A model generated the notes under the pieces. It was not told where the DNA came from, did no database searches, and was given only the letters and a program-made list of their open reading frames with translations. A stretch of 64,000 bases of DNA from Candidatus Multivorans sp. (GTDB taxonomy: Bacteria; Acidobacteriota; Thermoanaerobaculia; Multivoradales; Multivoraceae): assembly GCA_965224025.1 (NCBI GenBank), contig OZ245033.1, forward strand, positions 867,571-931,570, written 5' to 3'. Shown here in pieces: positions 18,750-27,604 of this stretch. The translations under genes and the position numbers were made by a program. Each line of letters begins with the position of its first letter. Position 1 is the first letter of the stretch.

Positions 18750-19714
18750 GCCTCGAACGCGACTACGAACTGCTGACCACGGCAGCCGCGCTCTGCGACC
18801 CGCCGCGGGCCTCTCGGCTCGAACTCATGGGACCCGACCGCGAACGGTTCTTCGGCGGCATGATCACCGCGGCGGTCGAGGGCCTTGAGCCCGGCCACGG
18901 CGCGTTCGGCTTCATCACCGATGTCCGCGGGCGGGTGCTCGCCAGCGCCATCGTGCTGGCTCTCGAAGACCGCCTCTGGCTCGAGATCCCCAGGGGCCGC
19001 GGCCGGACGATCATCGACCACCTGGAGAAGTACATCGTCACCGACCAGGTCGAGATCCTCCCGCTCGGCGACATGGCCTCCGTCCGGGTCGCCGGCCCGC
19101 GGAGCGCCGAGGTCCTGGCGGGCCTTGGCGCCACCGCTGCCAACGACCTCAACGAACCGTGGAGCCACGCCCAGGTCGAAGTGCTCGACTACCAGGCCCG
19201 CCTCTCCCGGGAAGGCCAAAGCGCCGTGCCCACCTTCTCCCTCTGGCAGTCGTCCGCGATCGCCCCGCTCCTGGCCGAAGACCTCGCCGAGGCCGGCATC
19301 CGCCAAGTCGCCGCCGAAGCGACCAAAGCGCTCCGCATCGAACACGGCTATCCACTTTGGGACGTCGACTACGACGACTCGAACCTGCCCCAGGAAACGG
19401 GCATCGAGGACGCCGTCGACTACGAGAAAGGCTGCTACCTCGGCCAGGAGATCGTCGCCCGCATCCACTACCGCGGCCAGCCGGCCCGCCGCATGTGCCG
19501 GCTCTTCTTCGCGCCCGGACACATGCCGGCCGCCGGCGCCGAGATCGAGTTCGACGACCGCGCCGCCGGCACCGTGACCAGCGTCTGCAGATCGCCCCGC
19601 CACGAAACCGCCATCGGCCTCGCCCTCCTGCCACGCCGCGCCGTAGAGGCGTTGCCAGACGCGAACGTGCTAGTCGAGGGTCGCGACGTGCACTTCGAAG
19701 CGCTCGGCACTTGA
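18746..19714 (+). CDS. ygfZ: Folate-binding YgfZ/GcvT-like protein
   Basis: Start at ATG 18746 (ATGA overlap with the HAD stop). Carries the signature KGCYLGQEIVARIHYRGQ. Confidence 0.85.
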   Translation: MSLERDYELLTTAAALCDPPRASRLELMGPDRERFFGGMITAAVEGLEPGHGAFGFITDVRGRVLASAIVLALEDRLWLEIPRGRGRTIIDHLEKYIVTDQVEILPLGDMASVRVAGPRSAEVLAGLGATAANDLNEPWSHAQVEVLDYQARLSREGQSAVPTFSLWQSSAIAPLLAEDLAEAGIRQVAAEATKALRIEHGYPLWDVDYDDSNLPQETGIEDAVDYEKGCYLGQEIVARIHYRGQPARRMCRLFFAPGHMPAAGAEIEFDDRAAGTVTSVCRSPRHETAIGLALLPRRAVEALPDANVLVEGRDVHFEALGT

Positions 19715-19843
19715 CACGGCCCGCCCCTCGACGATGCCGGGCGCTCGACAAGACTGCCTGGTTCTCACCGTGACCTCTTGACGCCGCCAACCGTCCGCAT
19801 GCCTCACCCGCCGGAGAGTCGTTCCGGGCTCGAGTCGCAGCCG

Positions 19844-20362
19844 CTACATTTCCGCTCTGAAGACCTCCACGATGCGGTCTCGCAGGTCGGCGATCTCCGG
19901 GCAAAGGCTAAAGAACTGACGCCGTCGGGCTACTGACTTCTCGGTCATCGCGCCTCGGCCGCCACCCGGACGCCGAGGGTCCCCGTACTCCTTGAGGAGG
20001 CGTTTGAAGACTGTCTCTTTGAGACGTGGATTCGACCGCACGTCACTCCACGAACCCCCAATCTCCTCGCGATAGGCCACACAGGCGTACACCTCAACTT
20101 CCGGCTCCGCCGGACAGCAGAGCAGGATCACACCCTGACGCCTGAGACGGTCCTCGAGATCGCGCATGGCACTGTCGGCAGCCCTGTCCGCGTCGGGAAA
20201 GAACAGCCAAAAATCCATGAAGCCGTAGCGGGAAGCCAGTTCGTTCCGAACGATCCTGACCGCTTCGTCATAGCCGCCGAGTCGGGGGTTCGTGAGTATC
20301 GTCACTCTGGCGTTCGGTTTGGCCGCATCCGCCAGGATCATCTCCACCAGCGGTTTCAGAAT
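19844..20362 (-). pseudogene. 3' part of the ATPase-partner gene split by the IS1595 element
   Basis: Frame of ORF 19844..20401. The first 13 codons of that ORF are IS-end sequence. From ILKPLVEMILADAAKPNARVTILTNPRLGG.. onward it continues the 5' part at 22951..23009. Confidence 0.8.
20355..20362. repeat. Target-site duplication TTCAGAAT (left copy)
   Basis: The identical octamer recurs at 22951..22958, directly outside the two inverted repeats. Confidence 0.85.
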
Positions 20363-20397
20363 GGGGATTATATACGAGAGTGCCGGGGCCGAACGGC

Positions 20398-20673
20398 TCA
20401 CCGGCGCACGTTCTTCGGTGACTTGATGTAGTTGACCTTCACTTCGGCGGCCAGCGCATCGGTCAGTTGCTCGAACGTGGCGTCGATCCGCAAGTCCTTC
20501 CGCAACTCCGCAGCGGACGGCTGGTAGTTCGGATGAACGATGTCCACCGTTGGACGGTTCGGTCCTTTGTCCTTCTCTACTTGCTTTCGAGCCACGCCAG
20601 CTTCTCCCTCAGTTCTGAGATCATGTTTGCTTTGGCGATGCTGTCTTCGCTCGTACCCTTGGCGAGATTGCAC
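20398..20673 (-). CDS. Small hypothetical ORF at the IS end (true start probably GTG 20547)
   Basis: ..VDIVHPNYQPSAAELRKDLRIDATFEQLTDALAAEVKVNYIKSPK. The listed 5' part overlaps the MTase-HNH 3' end. It occupies the same position as ORF 44226..44408 in copy 2. Confidence 0.3.
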   Translation of the reverse strand: MQSRQGYERRQHRQSKHDLRTEGEAGVARKQVEKDKGPNRPTVDIVHPNYQPSAAELRKDLRIDATFEQLTDALAAEVKVNYIKSPKNVRR

Positions 20674-21888
20674 GGTCGGCAGAGCAGTTGCAGGTTGTCG
20701 AGTTCGTCTCCGCCGCCTTCGGCTTGCGGCACGATGTGGTCAACTTCCATGACGTTGAACTGGGTGAAGGTGGAGCACATGGCACACCGCGCTTCCTGCT
20801 GGCCGTAGAGCAGGTGCTTGTGACTGGTCGGCTTCGGCGGCGCTTGCGACTCCGGGACGCTCTCTGCGGTCCAGTACTGGATGTCGTGGAGCACCGTACC
20901 CATGAACGAGACTTCGTTCGTCAGCCGCTCCTTGACGAGCTTGTACGCCATGTCGCTGATGTCCATGCCGATCCACTGGCGGCGCAAACGCTCCGCCGCT
21001 ACGCAGGCTGTGGCGCAACCGCAGAACGGATCCAGGATGATGTCGCCCTCGTTCGACGATGACCGGATGATCCGTTCCAAGAGTGCTAGCGGTTTCTGGG
21101 TCGGATAGCCGACGTTCTCGGAGGACTGCGAGTTCAGGAAGTTGATGTCGAACACATCTGTGTGCCGGTTGCCCTGGGTCGTGTCCACTGCCTTGATGAT
21201 GTCGAAGTCGTTGCGGTTGATCTTCCCTTTGGCTTCCTTCCGGGCCAGAACAGCTTCGTCGTAGATGTACAGGTAGCGCTGTCCGTTCATTCGCTTCGTG
21301 TTGTAGCCAGCCCGAATGAGTTGCTGCTTCCGTGGCGACAACTCGGAATCGTAGGTCGCGGTGTAGTGGAACTTCGTGGAGCGCGAGTAGAACAGGACCG
21401 TGTCGTGAGCGCGCAGAAACTTCTTGGCCCGCGAGTTCGCCACCTTCTTGTATGACCACACGATCTCGTTGCGGAACTGGTTCCGCCCGAAGATGGAGTC
21501 CATCAGCGTCTTGAGGTAGTGGCTGGCGGTTGGATCGCAGTGCAGGTACACGCTGGCCGTGGGCTTCATAACACGCCGTAGTTCGAGCAGCCGCACTGCC
21601 ATGTAGATCAGGTACGCCTTCATGCCCTTCGAGTGCGCGGTGCCCGCCGCGTCGATGGTCTGGTACAGCGCCGGGTGGTGTTCCGCGAGTTCGCCGTGCC
21701 CGCCGCCTTGCTGCCTATCGGCGCAGCGAAGTTCCGGTTCTTGTTGAACGGCGGATCGAGGTAGACCAGATCTACGCATCCGTCCGCCATTCCGCGCAGG
21801 ATGTTGAGGTTGTCGCCCGTGTGGATCGCCCGAACCCAATCCTGCGGTCCGTATCTTGCAGGGACAATTCCGCGCCGTCCGCCGTCAT
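20577..21888 (-). pseudogene. Amino-DNA-methyltransferase (DPPF type) fused to an HNH nuclease; two frame changes plus a short deletion
   Basis: ATG 21888 overlaps the transposase stop (ATGA). DWVRAIHTGDNLNILRGMADGCVDLVYLDPPFNKNRNFAAPIGSKAAG is in a second frame. HGELAEHHPALYQ..SVYLHCDP..GYPTQKPLALLERII..DPFCGCATACVAAE and the C-terminal CAMCS..DHIVPQAEGGGDELDNLQLLCRPCNLAKG are in the third frame (track ORF 20577..21839). Confidence 0.75.
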
Positions 21889-22883
21889 GCCGTCGCTTCC
21901 CGTGCGCCCGAAGGCAGGCCGTTGTCGGCGATTAGGTCACGGTAGCGGAGGCGCTTGCCATCCATGTCTTCGGCGAAGCGGTCCAGTTGCTCCGCCGTGT
22001 CGAACTCGCGGACGTTCTGCCGCCAGCCGAACTCGTCCACGTAGCGCTGCAACTGCTTCGGCGAGAGCTTGTGGAACGTGCCTTTGTGCGAACGCTTGAG
22101 CATGGACCACAGGGACTCGATGCCATTCGTGTGGATCTTGCCGTCCACGTACTCGCCGACCGAGTGCTTGACCGTGCCACGCTCATACTCGGTCAGACCC
22201 GCGTAGGCCCCGGTGTCGTCGGTGTAGACCGTCGCGCCGGGTTCGACATGCTCCCGGACGAATGCCTGTAGGGTCTCGCCATCGGTCGAGCGAACCACGC
22301 GGGCCGCTACCTGTTTCGTCTCGCGGTCCTTCACTCCCACCACCGCCGTCTTGCCGACCGTGCCGCGACCTTCCATCGTCTTCCGCTTCTTGGCGTGCAT
22401 GTTCTTCCGCAACCCGCCGATGTACGTCTCATCGGCTTCAACCGGGCCGGGGAACAGGACGTTCGGCCCGTTCGTCTCAAACGCCGCCCGGAGACGCTGC
22501 GCCATGAACCACGCGGTCTTCTGAGTGACACCGAGGTCGCGGTGCAGCTTCATGCTCGACATGCTCTTGAGGCTGGTCGTCAGCAGGAACGCCGCGAGCA
22601 TCCACTTCTGGAAGCCGATCTTCGAGCCTTCCATGACGGTGCCGGTCTTCGCGCTGAACCGCTGGTAGCAACCCTTCTCGCGGCAGCGGTACGGCATCGA
22701 CTTGTGCTTCGCACCCGTCTGGACATTGTTGGACCCGCAGGCCGGGCAGGTCGGCCCGACGGGCCAGCGGCGCTTGACGTACCATGCCTCCGCCGTCTTG
22801 TTGTCGGGGAATATCCGCATCATCTCCACCAGAGTGATGCCCTTCCGGTATGCCTTGCCGGGTGCCTTGTGCTCAGTCATCAT
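21885..22883 (-). CDS. IS1595-family transposase (N-terminal zinc ribbon + DDE)
   Basis: CPACGSNNV..YRCREKGCYQRFS zinc ribbon, MKLHRDLGVTQKTAWFMAQRLR and VEADETYIGG..VYTDDTGAY..HTNGIESLWSMLKR. It is strongly similar to ORF 41783..42769 in the C-terminal two-thirds. Confidence 0.9.
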   Translation of the reverse strand: MMTEHKAPGKAYRKGITLVEMMRIFPDNKTAEAWYVKRRWPVGPTCPACGSNNVQTGAKHKSMPYRCREKGCYQRFSAKTGTVMEGSKIGFQKWMLAAFLLTTSLKSMSSMKLHRDLGVTQKTAWFMAQRLRAAFETNGPNVLFPGPVEADETYIGGLRKNMHAKKRKTMEGRGTVGKTAVVGVKDRETKQVAARVVRSTDGETLQAFVREHVEPGATVYTDDTGAYAGLTEYERGTVKHSVGEYVDGKIHTNGIESLWSMLKRSHKGTFHKLSPKQLQRYVDEFGWRQNVREFDTAEQLDRFAEDMDGKRLRYRDLIADNGLPSGAREATA

Positions 22884-22890
22884 GCCCAGA

Positions 22891-22920
22891 ATCTTACAGG
22901 AGAGTGCCGGGGGAAGTCAA
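22891..22920 (-). promoter_or_regulatory. Candidate outward-in promoter in the IS end (TTGACT-18-TAAGAT)
   Basis: Minus strand reads cTTGACTtcccccggcactctcctgTAAGATtctgggcATG. The -10 lies only about 7 nt from the ATG, so the mRNA could be leaderless. Confidence 0.3.
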
Positions 22921-22950
22921 GCGCTTTCGGCACTCTCGTATATAATCCCC

Positions 22951-23009
22951 TTCAGAATGTAGCCATTGAGAGTGGGGTCTTCTGGAATCACCAGAACGCG
23001 CACACTCAC
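22951..23009 (-). pseudogene. 5' part of the ATPase-partner gene (GTG start overlapping the ATPase stop), ending in the right TSD copy
   Basis: GTG AGT GTG CGC GTT CTG GTG ATT CCA GAA GAC CCC ACT CTC AAT GGC TAC ATT CTG AA translates as VSVRVLVIPEDPTLNGYILK. GTGA overlap with the stop at 23006-23008. Confidence 0.75.
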
Positions 23010-24229
23010 AAAGCCGCCTCCATCCACCCCTCCGTGAACAGATCGGCCACACCGCCGGCAGCGACGGCCTTGCGGAAGTCGGGAATGTCCTGCAAGGCCG
23101 TGATCGTCGCGTCGCCCTTGTCCGCGTTTCGCCGGCAGACGTAGGTTGTGGCGTACTCGGTTCTCTTGAGCCACGCGAGAACGGCCGGCGAATGAGTGGT
23201 CGCCATCACTTGTGTCGACCGGCGCGCGGCGTTCGACCGGAGAAGCTCCAGGAGCAGGCGCGTACGGCTCGCGTGAATGCCGTTCTCGATCTCCTCGATC
23301 GTCATGATCCGCGGCATGTCGGGCTGAAAGAAGGCCGCCGCGATTGCAGCGAACCGAAGCGTGCCGTCACTCAACACCGGCGCCGGAAACTCTCTGTTCC
23401 CTTCCCGCAACATGAAGAGCGGCTCGCCCACGGCACCAGGTAAGGTGGCAACGCTGTCTACTTCCGCCGGCCGCAGCTCGCGCAGCCACTCCAGATAGCC
23501 GGCTTCCGTTTCCGGATCCGTGCAGATCGTCCTGACCAGGGCGGCGAAGTTCTCTCCGCGCTCGCCCATGCGGTCTACCTGCTGCGCCTGTGAGTAGCCT
23601 CTCAAGACGGTCGGCGCGGGGTCGATTCGCTGCGTGTTGACCAATTCGTCCGCCACCCGCGCAGCGTCCGCCCGATGCTGCGGTTCCACCCGCTTCGCCC
23701 CTTCGAACTGCCCCAGAACTGGCTGGCTCCGCTCGAACTCCAAGTGGCGGGGACGGCCAACCTTGCCGTGGTAATACTCCACTCGATGAACGGGACTCCC
23801 GATGCCGCCGCGGTCGGCATACCGGGAGTCAAAGACGGAACGGCCTGCGTACACCAGCCTCTCCTGTGCCACATGCCCCCTCCGGGGAGACACGGTCACC
23901 GAGTACCGCCATCGCCTTGTCGCCTTCCCAACACTCAGCCTGCCGGCCGCGTCAATCGTGAAAGTCTCCGGCTGTTCGCTCCCTTCGAAACACGCCTTCG
24001 CGCTTCCGCCTCGGATTCCCTCCCAGACTTCACTGGTCGCGCTTCTTGGCTTGCCGTCGAGAATCTCGCTCACCGTGAAGCGGCTACCCACTCCCTGCAG
24101 CACGCGAAGTGCATCGAGGAAATTCGACTTTCCGCTGGCATTGGCACCAACGAACAGGTTCATTCCGCCCAACGCCACGGTCACGTCGCGAAAGCTCTTG
24201 AAGTCCCTGATGGTGATTCGGTCGATCAT
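23006..24229 (-). CDS. SMC/RecF-like ABC-type AAA ATPase (AAA_15/AAA_21 class)
   Basis: IRDFKSFRDV..LFVGANASGKSNFLDAL (Walker A), LSDGTLRF (signature), IMTIEEIENGIH (Walker B) and MATTHSP. Confidence 0.9.
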   Translation of the reverse strand: MIDRITIRDFKSFRDVTVALGGMNLFVGANASGKSNFLDALRVLQGVGSRFTVSEILDGKPRSATSEVWEGIRGGSAKACFEGSEQPETFTIDAAGRLSVGKATRRWRYSVTVSPRRGHVAQERLVYAGRSVFDSRYADRGGIGSPVHRVEYYHGKVGRPRHLEFERSQPVLGQFEGAKRVEPQHRADAARVADELVNTQRIDPAPTVLRGYSQAQQVDRMGERGENFAALVRTICTDPETEAGYLEWLRELRPAEVDSVATLPGAVGEPLFMLREGNREFPAPVLSDGTLRFAAIAAAFFQPDMPRIMTIEEIENGIHASRTRLLLELLRSNAARRSTQVMATTHSPAVLAWLKRTEYATTYVCRRNADKGDATITALQDIPDFRKAVAAGGVADLFTEGWMEAAL

Positions 24230-24478
24230 GGCGTTGCCTGCCCGCTCTATCGCCGCCCGGCCGCACGCTGCCTGAGAACGGGGCTAGGCAGCGCTGGCGC
24301 CGCGCCGTCAATCAACGGACGCCACGGAGGGTAGCAGCGTTCCTCGGCGCCATGGTGCCCCCGTGACAGTCCGCAATCGTGGACTGCACCTACCACTGCT
24401 TGACCAGCGGCTGGTCCTTTGGCCCGGGCCAGCGTCACACGTTGCGAACCGCCCGAGAGCGCCCGCACTCGAGCTCCC

Positions 24479-25936
24479 TCAATACCGCGGCAACGACGGA
24501 TCTACTTCCTCCGCCCAGGCATCGATTCCGCCGGCCAAGTTGTACGCCTGCTGGAAGCCGTGGTCGCGGAGGATGTGCGTGGCTCTCGTCGACCGCGGAC
24601 CGTGGTGGCAGTGGACGACCCACAGGCGCGATGGGTCGAGTTCATCGACCCGGCCCTCGAGTTCGGCGACCGGGATCAGGGTCGAGCCGTCGATCCGGCA
24701 GATCGCGTACTCCTGCGGACCCCGGACGTCGAGAATGCTGAACTCGCGGCCGTCGTTCATCCAGGACTGGACCTGGGTCGGCGTCACGTCGATCATCTCG
24801 TTTAGGGCCGGTTCCTCAGCGACGGCGGGGATGCCGCAGAACTGCTCGTAGTCGATGAGTTCGGTCTGGGTCGGGTTCTCCGAGCAGATCGGGCAGTCCG
24901 GGTTCTTGCGCAGCTTGAGTTCGCGGAAGCTCATGCGGAGCGCATCGAATAGCACCAGACGACCGATCAGGGGATCGCCCTGGCCGATGATCAGCTTGAT
25001 CACCTCGTTGGCCTGAAGGCTGCCGATGATGCCGGGCAGCACGCCGAGGACGCCGCCTTCGGCGCATGAGGGAACGAGTCCCGGCGGCGGCGGCTCGGCG
25101 AACAGGCAGCGGTAGCAGGGGCCCCTGGCGCCCCAGAAGACGGACACCTGGCCCTCGAAGCGGAAGATGGAGCCGTAGACGTTCGGCTTGCCGAGCAGGA
25201 CGCAGGCGTCGTTGACGAGATAGCGGGTCGGGAAGTTGTCCGTACCGTCAACGATCAGGTCGTAGTCTGCGAAGATCTCGAGCGCGTTGCTCGAGTCGAG
25301 CATGACCGGATGCGGCACGAGTTCGATGTGGGGGTTCACCTCGCACAGGCGCTCGACCGCGGCGTCGATCTTGGGGCGGCCCACGTCGGCGTTGCTGTAG
25401 AGCAACTGGCGGTGCAGGTTCGACTCGTCGACGACGTCGAAGTCCACCAGGCCGAGGTGGCCGACTCCGGCGGCGGCGAGGTACATGCCGAGCGGCGAGC
25501 CGAGGCCGCCGGTGCCGATCATCAGCACCCTGGCGGCCTTGAGCTTCAACTGCCCCTCGGAGCCGACCTCGGGCATGATCAGGTGCCGGCTGTAACGGAG
25601 GATTTCCTCCGGGCTCAGCTCGGTGGCGGTCGCCTGGGCCGGGGCCGGTGGTTCCGCCACCGTGCCGCCCGCGATCGACGGGATGATCGCCAGCGTCGCG
25701 TCGCCGACGATCGTCGTCGCCTCCCGTCCCAGGTAGCGCACGTCCTCGTCGTTCAGGAACAGGTTGACGAAGGTCCGCAGCTTGCCGTCGTCGCCGAACA
25801 GGTGGGGCCGCAGCCCTTCGTACCGCGTGACGAGCTCCTCCATCGCCTCGCCGACGGTCGCTCCGGCCACGGCAACCTCGGCGTTCTCGTCGGCGAAGCC
25901 CCGGAGGGGCGTGGGGATTTGTATGAGTACGGTCAT
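24479..25936 (-). CDS. moeZ: CysO/ThiS-like ubiquitin-fold domain fused to a MoeZ-type E1 adenylyltransferase with C-terminal rhodanese
   Basis: The N-terminal 91 aa end in IIPSIAGG. The E1 core follows (RYSRHL, IGTGGLGSP, CYRCLF..CAEGGVLG, CPIC), then the rhodanese domain (VVHCHHGPRS). Confidence 0.9.
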   Translation of the reverse strand: MTVLIQIPTPLRGFADENAEVAVAGATVGEAMEELVTRYEGLRPHLFGDDGKLRTFVNLFLNDEDVRYLGREATTIVGDATLAIIPSIAGGTVAEPPAPAQATATELSPEEILRYSRHLIMPEVGSEGQLKLKAARVLMIGTGGLGSPLGMYLAAAGVGHLGLVDFDVVDESNLHRQLLYSNADVGRPKIDAAVERLCEVNPHIELVPHPVMLDSSNALEIFADYDLIVDGTDNFPTRYLVNDACVLLGKPNVYGSIFRFEGQVSVFWGARGPCYRCLFAEPPPPGLVPSCAEGGVLGVLPGIIGSLQANEVIKLIIGQGDPLIGRLVLFDALRMSFRELKLRKNPDCPICSENPTQTELIDYEQFCGIPAVAEEPALNEMIDVTPTQVQSWMNDGREFSILDVRGPQEYAICRIDGSTLIPVAELEGRVDELDPSRLWVVHCHHGPRSTRATHILRDHGFQQAYNLAGGIDAWAEEVDPSLPRY

Positions 25937-25971
25937 CGTCAGTCTCCGTCAGACTCAGTCTTGTACGTGTT

Positions 25972-26430
25972 TCAGGGCGCACCCGTTTCGGGGCACTGGA
26001 TCGGTTCTTCGTCGAAGCGGGAGCGGTCGTCACTCAGCCGCCAACTGCGCTCGTCGCTGGCGCGGCCCTCGCGCACCGAGACGATCAGGTAACTGTAGCC
26101 CGGCCAGGCATGATCGCGGTCGAAGTCGCTGGGACGCGATGGATGGTCGGGATGGGAGTGGTAGTAACCGACGACATCCAGGCCGTCCGCCCGCGCCTCC
26201 CGCTCGGTCCGCAGGATCACTTCGGGCGGGATCAGGTAACGGTTGTGCCGGTTCTCGTCCTCACGCGTGTTCTCGGCGCCCACCAGCCTCACGACCCGGG
26301 CCGACACCGAACCGTTCCCGCCCGCGGCCTTCTCGGTGCGGCCCACCAGGATGCCGCAGCACTCCTCCGGGTAGGTGGCCTCGCCGTGGGCGCGGATGCG
26401 GGCCAGGTCGTCTGGGGACAGTTCGATCAT
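25972..26430 (-). CDS. mec: JAMM/MPN+ metalloprotease (Mec-like)
   Basis: Internal start MIELSPDD of ORF 25972..27117. Motifs EECCGILVG and GYYHSHPDHPSRPSDFD (HxH-x7-S-xxD). Confidence 0.9.
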   Translation of the reverse strand: MIELSPDDLARIRAHGEATYPEECCGILVGRTEKAAGGNGSVSARVVRLVGAENTREDENRHNRYLIPPEVILRTEREARADGLDVVGYYHSHPDHPSRPSDFDRDHAWPGYSYLIVSVREGRASDERSWRLSDDRSRFDEEPIQCPETGAP

Positions 26431-26474
26431 CCTCGAGATCTCGGTGCGGTCGTTGCGTGCGCCGGTCCGGCGAC

Positions 26475-27476
26475 TCAGTCTTCGTCCCAGAACGGCTCGG
26501 ACAGGTACTTGTCCGCGCCGTCGCACAGGATGGTGACGACGACGACGCGTTCCCCGCCCTCGGCGGCGCGCTCGGCGATCCGCCGTGCCGCCACCACGTT
26601 CGCGCCGGCCGAGATGCCGACCAGCAAACCGCTCCGCCGGGCGAGCGCCTTGACCTCGGCGTACGCGTCCTCCGTGCTTACCGCCGCCTCCTCGTGGGCG
26701 ATCCCCGGATCGTAGATCGCGGGCACCAGGGCGCTCGCCATGTGCTTCATTCCCTCGAGCCCGTGGAACGGTCCGTCGGGCTGCATCGAGATGAGCCGCA
26801 CCTCCGGCGCCCGCTCGGCCAGGTACCTCGCCGTGCCGCAGAAGGTGCCGCTGGTTCCCAGGCCGGCGACGAAGTGGGTAAGGCGCCCCTCCGTCTGCAA
26901 CCAGATCTCCGGGCCCGTGGTTTCGAAGTGGGCGCGCCAGTTGGCGGCGTTGCTGTACTGATCGACGTAGCAGAAGTCGGCCGGCGTCGCCTCGATCATC
27001 CGATGCGCCTCCCGGATCGCGCCGTCCGAGCCCTCCATCGGATCGGTGAGGACGAGCTCGGCGCCGAACGCGCCCAGGATGCGGCGGCGCTCGATCGACG
27101 CGTTCTTCGGCAGGCACAGGGTGACGCCGACGTCCATCGCCGCACCGATCATCGCGAGGGCGATGCCCGTGTTGCCGGAGGTCGCGTCCAGGATGCGGCG
27201 GCCTTCCTCGAGCTGGCCGACATCGCGCGCCGCCAGCATCATGTGGCGCGCGGGCCGGTCCTTCACCGAGCCGCCGGGGTTCGCCATCTCCGCCTTGGCC
27301 AGCAGTTCGGAGCCCAGCGCCTGTGCCGCCGGTCCCAGCGCGTGGCTGAGGTCGAGCAGCGGCGTGTTGCCTATCAGGGACAGCAGCCGCCGGGCGGCAG
27401 CGCCCAGTTCCGCCGGAAGCGGCGGGCCGGCCAAGGGGGCGGCGGAAGCCGCGGCGAGAGGAGGTTCAGCGATCAT
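26475..27476 (-). CDS. cysM: PLP-dependent cysteine synthase (CysM/CysK family)
   Basis: NPGGSVKDRPA, DATSGNTGIALA and GLGTSGT. The start is taken at MIAEPP; ATG 27575 is possible but gives an odd N-terminus. Confidence 0.9.
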   Translation of the reverse strand: MIAEPPLAAASAAPLAGPPLPAELGAAARRLLSLIGNTPLLDLSHALGPAAQALGSELLAKAEMANPGGSVKDRPARHMMLAARDVGQLEEGRRILDATSGNTGIALAMIGAAMDVGVTLCLPKNASIERRRILGAFGAELVLTDPMEGSDGAIREAHRMIEATPADFCYVDQYSNAANWRAHFETTGPEIWLQTEGRLTHFVAGLGTSGTFCGTARYLAERAPEVRLISMQPDGPFHGLEGMKHMASALVPAIYDPGIAHEEAAVSTEDAYAEVKALARRSGLLVGISAGANVVAARRIAERAAEGGERVVVVTILCDGADKYLSEPFWDED

Positions 27477-27604
27477 TCTGTGGGCACCCGGTCGCGGCTC
27501 CAGCACAGGCGGTGGAGCGGCGACCGCGAATTGTTGACCAGAATACTCACATTTGACAACCGGTAGCCTGCACACGACGCCGCGACCCGGTATTCTCCGC
27601 CGCG

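Larger units (their letters stand above)
20363..22950 (-). mobile_element. IS1595-family element (copy 1) with passenger genes
   Basis: GGGGATTATATACGAGAGTGCCG (20363-20385) is the exact reverse complement of 22928-22950. It has an 8-bp TSD and encodes an IS1595-type transposase, an MTase-HNH gene and a small ORF. Confidence 0.9.

Noticed and set aside
27477-27604. Divergent promoter or riboswitch between cysM and the sulfite-oxidase-like gene.
   Set aside because: TTGACA-like hexamers are present but no matching -10 at sensible spacing, and no conserved riboswitch-like structure was recognisable by eye.
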